This document shows positions 21,795-31,803 of a DNA stretch of 64,000 bases, in pieces. The stretch is from Bacteroidota bacterium (GTDB lineage Bacteria; Bacteroidota; Ignavibacteria; OLB7). The notes under the pieces are model-generated. The model did no database searches. It had not been told where the DNA came from and saw only the letters and a list, made by a program, of their open reading frames with translations. The stretch covers positions 19,437 through 83,436 of the forward strand of contig JBEHWX010000013.1 in the NCBI GenBank assembly GCA_048498995.1, read 5' to 3'. Position numbers and translations under genes: made by a program. Within the stretch, counting starts at the first letter, position 1; the number at the start of each line of letters is the position of its first letter.

Positions 21795-22847
21795 TCAGGC
21801 CTCGTACTCGCCGAGCCCCGCGGCCTCCTCCAGTCTTTTGAGCCGGTTACGCATCTCGCGGATCTCGATGAGAAGATCCGGAAGCTGACGCGCGGCCGCC
21901 TCCTGCTTCAACGCCAGCGAATGCTCCTTGGCCGGATGGCCGAAGTAGCGACCGGGCCGCTTCACCGACTTGCTCACCCCGGACTGCGGCTCGACGATCA
22001 CCCCCGGCGCCGTCTCGATATGGCCGACGAAGCCGACCTGCCCGCCGATCATGTTGCCGACGCCGATCTTGGCGCTGCCGGCGATGCCGGCCTGCGCGGC
22101 GATCACGGTATTCTCCCCGACCACGACGTTGTGCGCGACGTGAACCAGGTTGTCAATCTTCACCCCGCGACGGATCAGCGTCTCCCCCATCGTTCCCCGA
22201 TCGATCGTCGCGTTGGCGCCGATCTCCACCTCGTCCTCGATTCTGACGATGCCGATCTGCGGGATCTTCTCCCAGCCCCCATCCCTTCTCGGCGCGAATC
22301 CGAAGCCGTCGGCGCCGATCACCGCGCCGGCATGGACGATCACGTTCCGGCCGATCACCGTGCCGTGATAGAGGGTGACGTTCGGGTGGATCGTGCTCCC
22401 CTCGCCGATGCTCACGTCGGAGCCGAGGACGGTGTTGGCGCGGATCACGACGCCGGCGCCGACATCGCAGCCGGGGCCCACCACCACGTTCGGGCCGATG
22501 CTCGCCGTCGGGTCGACGGTCGCATCAGGCGCGACGACGGCCGAGGGATGGATTCCCTGCATCGGGCGCTCGCCGCTCGGCGCGAAGATCCGGAGCACCT
22601 TCAGGAAGGCGACGTAGGGATCATCGGTCCGGATCAGTGCCACGTCGTCCCGGCTCATCTCGAGGTCGTGCCCCACGATCAGCGCGGTGGCGCGGGTGCT
22701 CTCGGCGTACTTCTCGTACTTCGGGTTGGCGATGAAGGAGATATCGCCGGGCCCCGCCTCCTCGATCTTCCTGACGGCGTGGATACGGCATTCGCCGTCG
22801 CCGACGAGAACTCCACCTACTTGCTCTACGATTTCTGCCAGGCGCAT
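21795..22847 (-). CDS. lpxD: UDP-3-O-acylglucosamine N-acyltransferase
   Basis: 350 aa, hexapeptide repeats, LpxD N-terminal domain (IANPKYEKYA). Confidence 0.92.
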   Translation of the reverse strand: MRLAEIVEQVGGVLVGDGECRIHAVRKIEEAGPGDISFIANPKYEKYAESTRATALIVGHDLEMSRDDVALIRTDDPYVAFLKVLRIFAPSGERPMQGIHPSAVVAPDATVDPTASIGPNVVVGPGCDVGAGVVIRANTVLGSDVSIGEGSTIHPNVTLYHGTVIGRNVIVHAGAVIGADGFGFAPRRDGGWEKIPQIGIVRIEDEVEIGANATIDRGTMGETLIRRGVKIDNLVHVAHNVVVGENTVIAAQAGIAGSAKIGVGNMIGGQVGFVGHIETAPGVIVEPQSGVSKSVKRPGRYFGHPAKEHSLALKQEAAARQLPDLLIEIREMRNRLKRLEEAAGLGEYEA

Positions 22848-22858
22848 CTTGGATTCCG

Positions 22859-23632
22859 TTATTTCGGGGTCGACTGTCCGTCCGGCTGGGTGCCGTCGGG
22901 AGTTCCACTCTGATTGGCCGGCTGCGTTCCCGGCTGGTTCTGACCGCCCCCCTTCAGGAGATCGTTCGGGTCGACCACCTTCGGCGTATCGGTCGGATCG
23001 TCGCGACGGCCGCGGTTCCGCATGGCATTGGCCTCGCTCCCCCCCTTTCCGGCACCGCCGGCGGCGCTCGGATCGGTCGGCATGTCCGACGCCGGCACTT
23101 CCACCCCGAGCCGCTTCAGCACCTGATAGGTGATATCGTAGGAGGGATTGACGTAGAGAACCAGGGTCGCGCGGCTGCTCTTGTCGAGCACGATATCGTA
23201 CTTCTGCGACTTGGCCTCCTCGTCGATCGCCTTGGAGACCTTGTCCTGGATGGGACCCATCAGCTCGGTCTGTGTCCGCTCGAACTCGCCGTTCGCGCCA
23301 TACTTGCTGGTGCGATAGGTGGAGAGCTTGGACTCCATGTCGGCGAGGCGGGCCTGGGCATCCTGCTGTTCCTGCGTGCTCCAGAGGAGGCGGTTGGCCT
23401 GAATATCCCCCTGAAGACGCTGGATCTCGGTCTCCTGGCGCTGAATCTCCCGCATCCAGGTGGTATGCATCTCCGCGAGCTTGGAGCGCGCGGTCTTGGC
23501 GTCCGGCAGACGATCGAAGATCGCCTCGCTGGCGACGATGGCGACTTTCTGCGCGTGCAGCGGGGTGCCGGCGGCCACCAGCACGAGGATGACGGCCGCC
23601 AGCCCCAGAACTATCGCTCGATTATTTCGCAC
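22859..23632 (-). CDS. skp: OmpH/Skp-family periplasmic chaperone (copy 1)
   Basis: Signal peptide (AIVLGLAAVILVLVAAGTPLHAQ), coiled-coil-rich region, Gln/Gly/Pro-rich C-terminal tail. Start uncertain: GTG at 23632 or ATG at 23680. Overlaps the upstream skp stop either way. Confidence 0.65.
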   Translation of the reverse strand: MRNNRAIVLGLAAVILVLVAAGTPLHAQKVAIVASEAIFDRLPDAKTARSKLAEMHTTWMREIQRQETEIQRLQGDIQANRLLWSTQEQQDAQARLADMESKLSTYRTSKYGANGEFERTQTELMGPIQDKVSKAIDEEAKSQKYDIVLDKSSRATLVLYVNPSYDITYQVLKRLGVEVPASDMPTDPSAAGGAGKGGSEANAMRNRGRRDDPTDTPKVVDPNDLLKGGGQNQPGTQPANQSGTPDGTQPDGQSTPK

Positions 23633-24140
23633 GGCGGAGATTATCGAGCACCTTGTAGGTGATTTCCAGTTTCTTGTCATAGTACACCACTACCCCGGCC
23701 TCGACGACCGCGGTCAACTTCTCATCCTTGGCGACTTGCTCGATGGCTTTGCGGACTTGTTCCTTGAGCGGCTGCAGCAGCTTCGCCTGGGTCTGGGCGA
23801 AGAGCCCCTGCTGGCCGAAGTACATCTGCTGTGTCTGGGCGAACTGCTCCCGGATCGCGTTGAGGTTGGCCTCCTCCTTGGCGCGCGTCTCCGGGTTCAT
23901 CAGGCTCTGCTGCTTCTGGTAGGCGTCGGCGCGCTCCTGAAACGTGGTCTGGATCCCCTTGAGGGTATCCTCATACTGCTTCTGAAGATCCTTGAGCTGC
24001 GCCTCGATCTGCTTGAACTCCGGCATCTGCTGGATAATGACGTCGAAATCGACGAATCCGAGCTTCGTCTGCGCGTCGGCGCTCATCGGAATACATGCCA
24101 TCACGATGGCGATGAACACCCCTGCGAGTAGTGCTTTCAT
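23622..24140 (-). CDS. skp: OmpH/Skp-family periplasmic chaperone (copy 2)
   Basis: MKALLAGVFIAIVMACIPMSADAQ signal, then coiled-coil (QIEAQLKDLQKQYEDTLKG...). Start at ATG 24140 inside a longer ORF-track entry. Confidence 0.75.
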   Translation of the reverse strand: MKALLAGVFIAIVMACIPMSADAQTKLGFVDFDVIIQQMPEFKQIEAQLKDLQKQYEDTLKGIQTTFQERADAYQKQQSLMNPETRAKEEANLNAIREQFAQTQQMYFGQQGLFAQTQAKLLQPLKEQVRKAIEQVAKDEKLTAVVEAGVVVYYDKKLEITYKVLDNLRRAK

Positions 24141-24426
24141 GGGCTGGATGTGCTGTGAAATCGTATGTGAAATGAAGGACTGACTCTGGCAGACGCCCGG
24201 CCCCGGACGCGCGTTTATCCGAGGCCGGTAAGAAACTATTGCGAACCGGAAGCCATGCGAGAAGAGCCGTGGGCGCGGCGACGCCCGATCTCTCCGTCGG
24301 ATCTCTCCGTCGGCTTTCTCCGTCGGATCTCTCCGCGTGGCGCGCGGCCCAACCACCGCGAGCCACCCCGTTCGACGATGCCGACCGGCGCGGACGGCGA
24401 CGCGACCGCGACGCCGGAGGAGACGA

Positions 24427-26865
24427 TTATCGGCCGAACTGGAAGTGGAACTGCCAGCCGGGCTTCGAGCCGAAGCTGTCGGAGTCGAAGCCGTACCCGT
24501 AGTCGAAGCCGAGCAGGCCGCCGACGCCTGGGATCATGATCCGGAGGCCGAGACCGGCCGAGCGCTTCAGGTCGAACGGATCCACCTCGCGGAGCGTTCC
24601 CCACACGTTCCCCGCCTCGGCGAACGCCAGGGCGAAGATCGGGATCGGGTTGAGCGAGATGCCGAACCGGAGCTCGGCGGTCACCTTCGAGTAGGCCTTG
24701 CCGAGCGGAATGTCGTCCAGTCCGGTCGGGCCGATCGAGCGGTCGCGATAGCCGCGCAGCGGAACGGTGTTGTAGCCGCTGACGGCCGTGCCTCCCATCG
24801 AGTAGAAGGTCAGCGGCGGAATGTTTTCGATCGGTCCGAAGGCGTTCAGGTAGCCGAACTCGTTGTTCAGGTAGAAGACCAGCGAGTTGGCCTCGGTCAC
24901 CTGCGCCAGCGGCGAATAGAAGTCGTAGCGGATCTCGTGCTTGGAGTACTTGGCGTCTCCGAGTCCGGCGATCGTGTTGGCGAAGGTGAAGCGGGAGCCG
25001 ACCGTCGGGAAGATCGGGTTGTCGATGCTCGAACGGGAGAAGGTGAGCGTGGCGCTCGCCTCGGTGCCGTTCCGGTAGTAGGAGCTCTGCGACTGGTCGC
25101 CGGTGATGTCGTTCCGGAGGAACCGGAGCGCCAGGTCGGCGCGGAAGTAATCGTCCGGCCAGGAGAGGCGACGTCCGAGCGTGAGCGATCCGCCGGCGCG
25201 ACGGAGGCTGTAGCCGCCGCCGTTGACCGTGGTCAGATCCTGCGTCTGGTAGAAGACGTTGGCGCCGAGCGTGGTCGGGGTATCGAACAGCCACGGCTCG
25301 GTGAGTCCGAGCGAGAACGTGGTCAGATAGCCGCCGTACTCCCAGGTGAAGTTCAGCACCTGGCCGCCGCCGCCGGTAAAGGGCTCGGAGATCGAGAAGT
25401 TGTTGAACGAGAGGCCGAGCGACAGGCTCAGTCCGAGCGAGCTGAGGCCGAGCGAGGCGTTGAACGAATCGCTCGGGCGCTCCTCCACCTGATAGGTGAC
25501 GTCGACCGTGGTGGCATCCACCGGGGTGACGTCCGGCACCAGGCGCTCGGGATTGAAGTAGTTCAGGTTCGCGAGGTTTCTGAGCGAGCGGATCACCGCC
25601 GCCTTGGAGAAGGTATCTCCCGGATGCGTGAAGAGCTCGCGCCGGATCACCTTGTCCATCGTCTTGGTGTTGCCGGCGATCGCGACGTAGCGGATCGAGG
25701 CCTGCGGCCCCTCGGTGATCCGGATCGCCACGTCCACCGAGTCCGGCGTCGGCCGGGTCTCGAGGGCGTCGGCGTTGAAGGAGAGGTAGCCGTTGTCCAG
25801 GTAGAGGGTGCTGATGCTCTCCTCTCCACCCCCCTTCAGATTGTCCTTCAACTGCACCTGGTTGTAGGGAGCGCCGATCTCGGCGTTCAGCCGGTTGACC
25901 AGGGTCTGCGTCGGATAGGTCGTGTTGCCGGCGATCGTCACCGAGCGGAGGTACACCTGATTCCCCTCGCTGACGGTGATGAGGATATCCGCCTTGCCGG
26001 TCTGCGGGTTGATCGAGATCGAATCGCCGACCACCTCGGCATCGATGAAGCCGTGCGAGCGGTAGAAATCGGTGATGCGGGTCTCGTCGGTCTTCAGCTT
26101 GGCGCGGTCGAACTTCGAGGAGCGCCACACCTGCCACCAGGATTTCTCCTTCACATCCTCCATCGCCCCCTTCAGGTCGCCGGCATCGTAATGCTGGTTT
26201 CCCTCGAAGCGGATGGCGCCGATGCTGACCTGCGGACCCTCCGATATCGCCAGCGACAGATCGACGCGGCCGGTGTCGGTGGTCGACGGGGTCTGCGAGG
26301 CGGTCACCTGGGTAAAGAGGTAGCCTTCCTCGGCATACTTCTGCCGGATCTTGGCGCGCGTGCGGTCGATCTCGTAGGGAGAGGCGATCTCGCCGGCATG
26401 GATCGTGGAAAGATCGGTCAGATCCTTCTGGCTCAGCTCGTCGTTGCCGACGAAGGTGACCGCGCCGATGCGCGGATACTCCTTGACCACGATCACCAGC
26501 GTGACGCCGTCGGTCGCCTGGTTCTCGGCGTAGATCTTCACGTCGCTGAAGAGGCGACGCTCGAAGAGGTTCCGGATGGCGCGCGAGATCAGGTCGCTGT
26601 TCGGCGTGATCATGTCGCCGATGCGGAGGCCGGAATAGGAGATGATCGCCGTGGGAGACGACGTCTGCGCCCCCTCGACACGGATGTCCCTGATTCTGAC
26701 CGGCGGGGCCGACTGTGGAGTCGGCTGCGGGGCCTGGGCGTGCGCGGCGACCGCCGAAAGGACTACGAGAGATGTGGCTGCTGCCGCGAGCCAGCGTCCC
26801 CCCGATGCCGAGACTCGGCTGGAGGGTGCGGGCGCCGGATCGCTATGAACGTGTAAGCGCATCAA
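24427..26865 (-). CDS. bamA: outer membrane protein assembly factor BamA
   Basis: 812 aa. Signal peptide, five POTRA-like repeats, C-terminal 16-strand barrel region ending ...WQFHFQFGR. Confidence 0.92.
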   Translation of the reverse strand: MMRLHVHSDPAPAPSSRVSASGGRWLAAAATSLVVLSAVAAHAQAPQPTPQSAPPVRIRDIRVEGAQTSSPTAIISYSGLRIGDMITPNSDLISRAIRNLFERRLFSDVKIYAENQATDGVTLVIVVKEYPRIGAVTFVGNDELSQKDLTDLSTIHAGEIASPYEIDRTRAKIRQKYAEEGYLFTQVTASQTPSTTDTGRVDLSLAISEGPQVSIGAIRFEGNQHYDAGDLKGAMEDVKEKSWWQVWRSSKFDRAKLKTDETRITDFYRSHGFIDAEVVGDSISINPQTGKADILITVSEGNQVYLRSVTIAGNTTYPTQTLVNRLNAEIGAPYNQVQLKDNLKGGGEESISTLYLDNGYLSFNADALETRPTPDSVDVAIRITEGPQASIRYVAIAGNTKTMDKVIRRELFTHPGDTFSKAAVIRSLRNLANLNYFNPERLVPDVTPVDATTVDVTYQVEERPSDSFNASLGLSSLGLSLSLGLSFNNFSISEPFTGGGGQVLNFTWEYGGYLTTFSLGLTEPWLFDTPTTLGANVFYQTQDLTTVNGGGYSLRRAGGSLTLGRRLSWPDDYFRADLALRFLRNDITGDQSQSSYYRNGTEASATLTFSRSSIDNPIFPTVGSRFTFANTIAGLGDAKYSKHEIRYDFYSPLAQVTEANSLVFYLNNEFGYLNAFGPIENIPPLTFYSMGGTAVSGYNTVPLRGYRDRSIGPTGLDDIPLGKAYSKVTAELRFGISLNPIPIFALAFAEAGNVWGTLREVDPFDLKRSAGLGLRIMIPGVGGLLGFDYGYGFDSDSFGSKPGWQFHFQFGR

Positions 26866-27691
26866 TAATCTTCTGAACGTACGTTCGTTGGGGACGTTGA
26901 TCTTCGCTGAGCTGCTCGCTCGTCTTGCCGAAGCGCCTCTCGCGATGGAGGAAATCGGTCAGGGCATCGTAGAGGTGATCTCGGCGGAACTCGGGCCAGA
27001 ATACGGGGGCCATGTGCATCTCGGCGTAGGCCATCTCCCAGAGGAGGAAATTGCTCAGACGCATCTCGCCGCTGGTCCTGATCATCAGATCGGGGTCGGG
27101 GATGGTATGCGTCGTCAGATAGGTACGGAACAGCTCCTCGGAGATATCCTCCGGCGAGAGCTTGCCGCGCCGGACGTCCAGCGCCAGCGTCTGCACCGCG
27201 CGCAGGATATCCCAGCGGCCGCTGTAGCTGAGCGCGAGGGTGAGCGTCAGGCCGGTGTTGCCGGAAAGGCGCTCGATGCTGGCGTAGAGCTGCTTCTGCA
27301 CCGGCTTCGGCAGCGCGTTGAGCTGACCGATGGCGTTGAGCCTGACGTTGTTCTTGTTCAGCTCCTCGAGCTCCGCCTTCAGGTACTCGAGCAGCAGGTT
27401 CATCAGAACCGTCACTTCGGCTTTCGGGCGCTTCCAGTTCTCGGTCGAGAATGCGTAGAGCGTGAGGAACGGAATGTCCAGCTGGCCGCAGGCCTGAACG
27501 ATGTCACGGACGGAATCGACCCCGGCCTTGTGTCCGGATACCCTCGGCTTCCCCTGCTCCTTGGCCCACCTTCCGTTGCCATCCATGATGATGGCCACAT
27601 GCTGCGGAAGTGCGCCGCTCTCCTTGAGCTCCCGCTGGATCCGTAGATCCTCCTCGGTCTGCTTTGTATTCCAACCCACGTGGATATGCAC
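26843..27691 (-). CDS. uppS: di-trans,poly-cis-undecaprenyl-diphosphate synthase
   Basis: HVAIIMDGNGRWA...TLYAFSTENWKRP...LTLALSYSGRWDI, the cis-prenyltransferase signature. Confidence 0.92.
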   Translation of the reverse strand: MHIHVGWNTKQTEEDLRIQRELKESGALPQHVAIIMDGNGRWAKEQGKPRVSGHKAGVDSVRDIVQACGQLDIPFLTLYAFSTENWKRPKAEVTVLMNLLLEYLKAELEELNKNNVRLNAIGQLNALPKPVQKQLYASIERLSGNTGLTLTLALSYSGRWDILRAVQTLALDVRRGKLSPEDISEELFRTYLTTHTIPDPDLMIRTSGEMRLSNFLLWEMAYAEMHMAPVFWPEFRRDHLYDALTDFLHRERRFGKTSEQLSEDQRPQRTYVQKIIDALTRS

Positions 27692-27721
27692 CCGATATAG
27701 GTTTGCAAAAAAATGGCAGCG

Positions 27722-27750
27722 AATCTACCTGTTTACCCCACGATAATCAA
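27722..27750 (-). promoter_or_regulatory. candidate sigma-70-type promoter for uppS-bamA-skp-lpxD operon
   Basis: On minus strand: TTGATT (rc of 27745-27750), N17, TAGATT (rc of 27722-27727). Sits in the only AT-rich patch, about 30 nt upstream of the uppS ATG. Confidence 0.35.
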
Positions 27751-28261
27751 GCTGACGGGGGGATCGACGGGGATTCGCGGCCGACACTGTCGCCGGCTCC
27801 GGGCGGCCGGACGTCCCTCCGGTCGCCGCCTCGGGAAGCCGGCCGGCTCCCGGCCGCGCGCCGGTGAAGGGTAGCCCCGGACCGGCCGCGGAGACGCGAA
27901 ACGGGGACAAGTACGGGAGCCACCCAGAGGTGAACAAGGGGAAAACACGATCTCCCCCATCCCATTTCCGGTCCCCGATCACCGGTCCGGCGCCCGCGAG
28001 ACCGGGCACGAAGCGGGTCCGGAGGCCGCTTGCGATTGCCGACGCCGAGCCCTATGTTCCCCGGCATTACCCGCTTCGACGCACGAGCCGGCCCGGCGTT
28101 CCCTCACGATCGTTCCAGACGATGCGTTCCCCCGAGGTCATCGCCGAACGCCGCCGCTCCGCTCGCCGAGGCCATGGATCCTCCTTCTCTCCCCGGCACC
28201 GGTCCGGCGATGCCCCCGCGGAGACGCTTCCGCTCCCCTCGAACCAACGACGAGCACGATC

Positions 28262-29857
28262 ATGCAACGGCGCTCCTTCCTTCAGCTCGGATCTCCCGGG
28301 TCACCGGCGTCCGCCCCTCCGGCGACCCGCGACCATTCCGGGATCGACGGCATCACGGTCAGGATCAGCACGGCCGGGCTCGAGCCCTATGTCCCCTCCG
28401 GGGAGCGCCCCTGGAGCGCGCGCCGAGCCGCCCATCTGCTCCGCCGCGCCGGATTCGGCGTCACCTCCGCGGAGCTCGACGCCGCGCTCGCCTCCACCCC
28501 CGAGGCGGTCATCGCCGGCCTCCTCGGCTCGACGACGCCGGCCGGCACCCCCGGCTCCTGGACCGCGCAGACGCCGTTCACCAACGAGACCGAGGCCACG
28601 CGGGCGCAGTACGCCGCCTGGCTCCGCGATCTGCAGGAGTGGTGGCTCACCGCCATGCTCGATCGTCGGATGATGCTGCGCGAGAAGATGGTCCTCTTCT
28701 GGCACAACCACTTCGTCAGCGACGCCACCGAGGTGATGGTGGCCCAGTACATGTACCGGCAGAACGAGCTCTTCCGGGAGCTTGCCGCCGGCGACTTCCG
28801 GGAGCTCGCCACCCGCGTCACCATCGACCCGGCGATGCTGATCTACCTGAACGGCGACGACAACAAGGCCGGCAACCCGAACGAGAACTACGCGCGGGAG
28901 CTGCTGGAGCTCTTCACGCTCGGCGCCGGCGCGTACGACGACGGCACGCCGCACTACACCGAGCGGGATATCATCGAGCTGGCCCGCGCGCTCACCGGCT
29001 GGACGGTCAACGCCGGCGCCATGGCCGGCGAGTTCAGGCCGCCCCGCTTCGACGGAGGGCAGAAGACGATCCTCGGCGCCACCGGCAACTTCGGCGTGGC
29101 CGGAAAGACGCCGGACGACGTGATCGCCACGATCCTCGCCGCCGTCGATCGAGACCACGCGCTACCTCGCGCCGCGATCTTTCTCTGCTCCAAGCTCTAC
29201 CGCCAATTCGTCCACGACGTTCCGGACATCCCGGTGGTGGTGGAGATGGCGCGCGCCCTCGTTGACGGCAACTGGAGCGTGGATCGCGTGATCCTGAGGC
29301 TCCTGGCCAGCGCGCACTTCTTCGACGACAACGTGATCGGCGCGCGGATCAAGAGCCCGGTCGAGCTCGTGGCCGGCGCGTTTCACGAGCTCGGGCTGGC
29401 GCCGGTCTGGGCGCGGAACAACCAGGACCCGACACGCCTCGAGACGCACGACGCGGTGACCGCCACGACGAATCTGGCGCAGCGCCTTCTCTACCCTCCC
29501 AACGTGAAGGGATGGCCGGGAGGACGTGCCTGGATCAGCAGCGCCACGATCCCCCTCCGGATCCGCTACGCGCGGCTCTGGATCGAGCCGATCGCCGGTT
29601 CGCTGCAGAACGGCTTCGACCCGGTCGCGTGGGTGAAGCGACTCCCGGAACCAACGAAGGTCCGCTCCGTGCTCGACCGGATGATCGCGCTGCTGCTGCC
29701 GCTCGACGTGAGCCAGCAGACCTACGCGCTGCTGCTGGACGAGCTGCTCGCCGGCGGCCCCGAGTACGACTGGAACCCCGACGCGCCGAACGCCGCCTCC
29801 CGGATTCGGGCCTGTCTGATCCGGATCACCGGCCTCGCCGAATATCAGTTGACGTAA
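28262..29857 (+). CDS. DUF1800-family protein (Tat-type signal)
   Basis: MQRRSFLQLG twin-arginine-like motif. Conserved DUF1800 blocks (RRAAHLLRRAGFG, WHNHF, NENYARELLELFTLG). Confidence 0.8.
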   Translation: MQRRSFLQLGSPGSPASAPPATRDHSGIDGITVRISTAGLEPYVPSGERPWSARRAAHLLRRAGFGVTSAELDAALASTPEAVIAGLLGSTTPAGTPGSWTAQTPFTNETEATRAQYAAWLRDLQEWWLTAMLDRRMMLREKMVLFWHNHFVSDATEVMVAQYMYRQNELFRELAAGDFRELATRVTIDPAMLIYLNGDDNKAGNPNENYARELLELFTLGAGAYDDGTPHYTERDIIELARALTGWTVNAGAMAGEFRPPRFDGGQKTILGATGNFGVAGKTPDDVIATILAAVDRDHALPRAAIFLCSKLYRQFVHDVPDIPVVVEMARALVDGNWSVDRVILRLLASAHFFDDNVIGARIKSPVELVAGAFHELGLAPVWARNNQDPTRLETHDAVTATTNLAQRLLYPPNVKGWPGGRAWISSATIPLRIRYARLWIEPIAGSLQNGFDPVAWVKRLPEPTKVRSVLDRMIALLLPLDVSQQTYALLLDELLAGGPEYDWNPDAPNAASRIRACLIRITGLAEYQLT

Positions 29858-29892
29858 CCCCTCACTCACCGGAAACGGACGGACGAACAGCG

Positions 29893-31431
29893 ATGCAACG
29901 ACGAGATTTCCTGAAGCGAGGCGCCCTGGCGGGCGCGGCTCTCCCGCTAGCCGGCGGCAGGCTGTTCGCGCGTCCGCTGGCGCCGGCGTTCTTCTCCCGC
30001 CCCGCCGCGCTCGGCGACCGGGTGCTGGTGCTGATCAATCTGAACGGCGGCAACGACGGGCTCAACACGGTGGTCCCGGTGAACGATCCGGCCTACCACA
30101 ACGCGCGCAAGACGATCGCCCTGAAGGCGCCGGATCTGGTGAAGATCACCGACGATCTGTCGCTGCACGGCTCGATGGCGCGCTTCGGCGAGCTCTACGG
30201 CCAGGGGAGCTGCGCCGTGGTGGAGAACGTCGGCTATCCGGATCAGGACCGCTCGCACTTCCGCTCCACCGACATCTGGCACAGCGCGTCGCGCGCCGAT
30301 CAGGTGCTCTACACCGGCTGGCTCGGCCGCTACCTGGCCACGTCCCACCCGGAGTATCCCGCCACGCTGCCGCGCGCGCCGTTCGCGATCCAGGTGTCCC
30401 CGAGCACGTCGCTGGCGCTCGAGAGCGAGGTCGGGGGGATGGGGATCGCGATCGACAATCCGGACCGGTTCTACTCGCTGGCGAGCGGCCTCAAGGTCGA
30501 TCCGGAGCCGCTTCCGGCCACGCTCGCCGGGCCGGAGCTGGAGTTCGTGCGGGAGGTGATCGAGCAGTCGAATTACTATTCGGCGGAGGTGAACAAGGCG
30601 ATGCTCGGCGGATCGACGAACGCGCAGTACGACGGCGATCCCCTCTCGGCGCAGTTGCGGGTGGTGGCCAGGCTGATCAACGGCGGGCTGCGGACCGGCA
30701 TCTTCGTGGTCGCGCTCCCCGGCTTCGACACGCACGTGGCGCAGCTGGTGCCCCATGCGCAGCGCCTGCAGTGGGTGTCGCGGAGCGTCGGGAACTTTCT
30801 GGATGATGTGGCCGCCGCCGGCAACGGGGACCGCGTGGTGGCGATGACCTATTCCGAGTTCGGGCGACGGTTGAACGAGAACGGATCGGCCGGCACCGAC
30901 CACGGCGCCGCCGCTCCTCTCTTCGTCCTCGGCCGGAAGGTCCGCGGCGGGCGCATCCTCGGCGGCGCGCCGAACCTGACCGACCTGGACGATCGTGGGG
31001 ACGTGAAGTTCGCGGTCGACTTCCGGCAGGTGTACGCGACGATACTCGAGGACTGGATGGGGTTCAGCGCCGCCGACACGGCCACCGCGCTCGGCGGGGA
31101 GTTCCCGAAGCTCGACCTGTTCGAGACGGCGCCGTCGGCCGCGCCCTCGGAGCGCGATGCCGAGCGTGACGGGCTTGCGATGTCGGAGCCGTGGCCCAAT
31201 CCCGCGTCCGGCTCCGCGACGGTGGCCTTCACGCTCCCGGAGCAGTGCCATGTACGGCTGAGGGTGGTCGACATGCCCGGCGCGACGCGCCTGGTCGCGA
31301 TCGACCGGACCGTCGAGGCGGGATCCCATCGGGTCACGCTCGATCTGAAGGGACTCGGCTCGGGATCATACGTGGCGATGCTGGAGGCGGGGCGCCGTCG
31401 GATACTGCGAGCGCTCGTCGTGGCGCGTTGA
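29893..31431 (+). CDS. DUF1501-family (sulfatase-like) protein with Tat signal and T9SS-type C-terminal sorting domain
   Basis: MQRRDFLKRGALAGAAL Tat motif. DUF1501 blocks (NGGNDGLNTVVP, DQDRSHFRSTDIWH, GTDHG). Last about 80 aa WPNPASGSATVAFTLPEQCHVRLRVVDMPG...SGSYVAMLEAG...LVVAR matches the Por_Secre_tail pattern. Start at ATG 29893. Confidence 0.8.
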   Translation: MQRRDFLKRGALAGAALPLAGGRLFARPLAPAFFSRPAALGDRVLVLINLNGGNDGLNTVVPVNDPAYHNARKTIALKAPDLVKITDDLSLHGSMARFGELYGQGSCAVVENVGYPDQDRSHFRSTDIWHSASRADQVLYTGWLGRYLATSHPEYPATLPRAPFAIQVSPSTSLALESEVGGMGIAIDNPDRFYSLASGLKVDPEPLPATLAGPELEFVREVIEQSNYYSAEVNKAMLGGSTNAQYDGDPLSAQLRVVARLINGGLRTGIFVVALPGFDTHVAQLVPHAQRLQWVSRSVGNFLDDVAAAGNGDRVVAMTYSEFGRRLNENGSAGTDHGAAAPLFVLGRKVRGGRILGGAPNLTDLDDRGDVKFAVDFRQVYATILEDWMGFSAADTATALGGEFPKLDLFETAPSAAPSERDAERDGLAMSEPWPNPASGSATVAFTLPEQCHVRLRVVDMPGATRLVAIDRTVEAGSHRVTLDLKGLGSGSYVAMLEAGRRRILRALVVAR

Positions 31432-31724
31432 GCTCGGCGCAACGCATCCGGTGAGACGCGGCGTCGCGAGTCGCGTGGCATGAGGCATCCGCGACCGTCC
31501 GACTCGATCCCGACCGCCGCGGACAACACGTCCTACGCGGAAGGTCGCGGACGTGTCGCGTCGCCGACGGCCGGTGTTCCCCGTGCGCGGTAGCGCGCGC
31601 CAGCTCCGGCGCGCGAGCCGGCATCATCTCATATTCCCACGGCTTCACCACGCTCACCCCGTTCCCCGGAACCGGCTCCATGCATCTCCGGGCACCGCGC
31701 GCCAGCCTCCCGGACATGTGGGGA

Positions 31725-31771
31725 GCGTCCCGAAACGGAGCGAGGGCTTGCAGCTGGTGCTGCAAGCCCTC
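31725..31771 (-). terminator. hairpin terminator downstream of tRNA-Leu
   Basis: 13-bp perfect stem gagggcttgcagc/gctgcaagccctc (31742-31771) with 4-nt loop. On minus strand it is followed by GCTCCGTTTCGGG. Confidence 0.35.
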
Positions 31772-31803
31772 GCGTCGATGTTCGCACGGATGCGACGAGC
31801 GTA

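Noticed and set aside
24236-26856. 633-aa minus and 839-aa plus ORFs
   Set aside because: Out-of-frame or antisense overlaps of bamA; Arg/Gly-rich artefacts.
27776-28261. tmRNA (ssrA) call
   Set aside because: The 5' motif resembles the tmRNA consensus. However, no canonical T-loop (TTCGANT) with acceptor 3' strand plus NCCA, and no plausible tag-peptide reading frame ending in a hydrophobic xAA-stop, could be found. Retained only as an unexplained non-coding gap.
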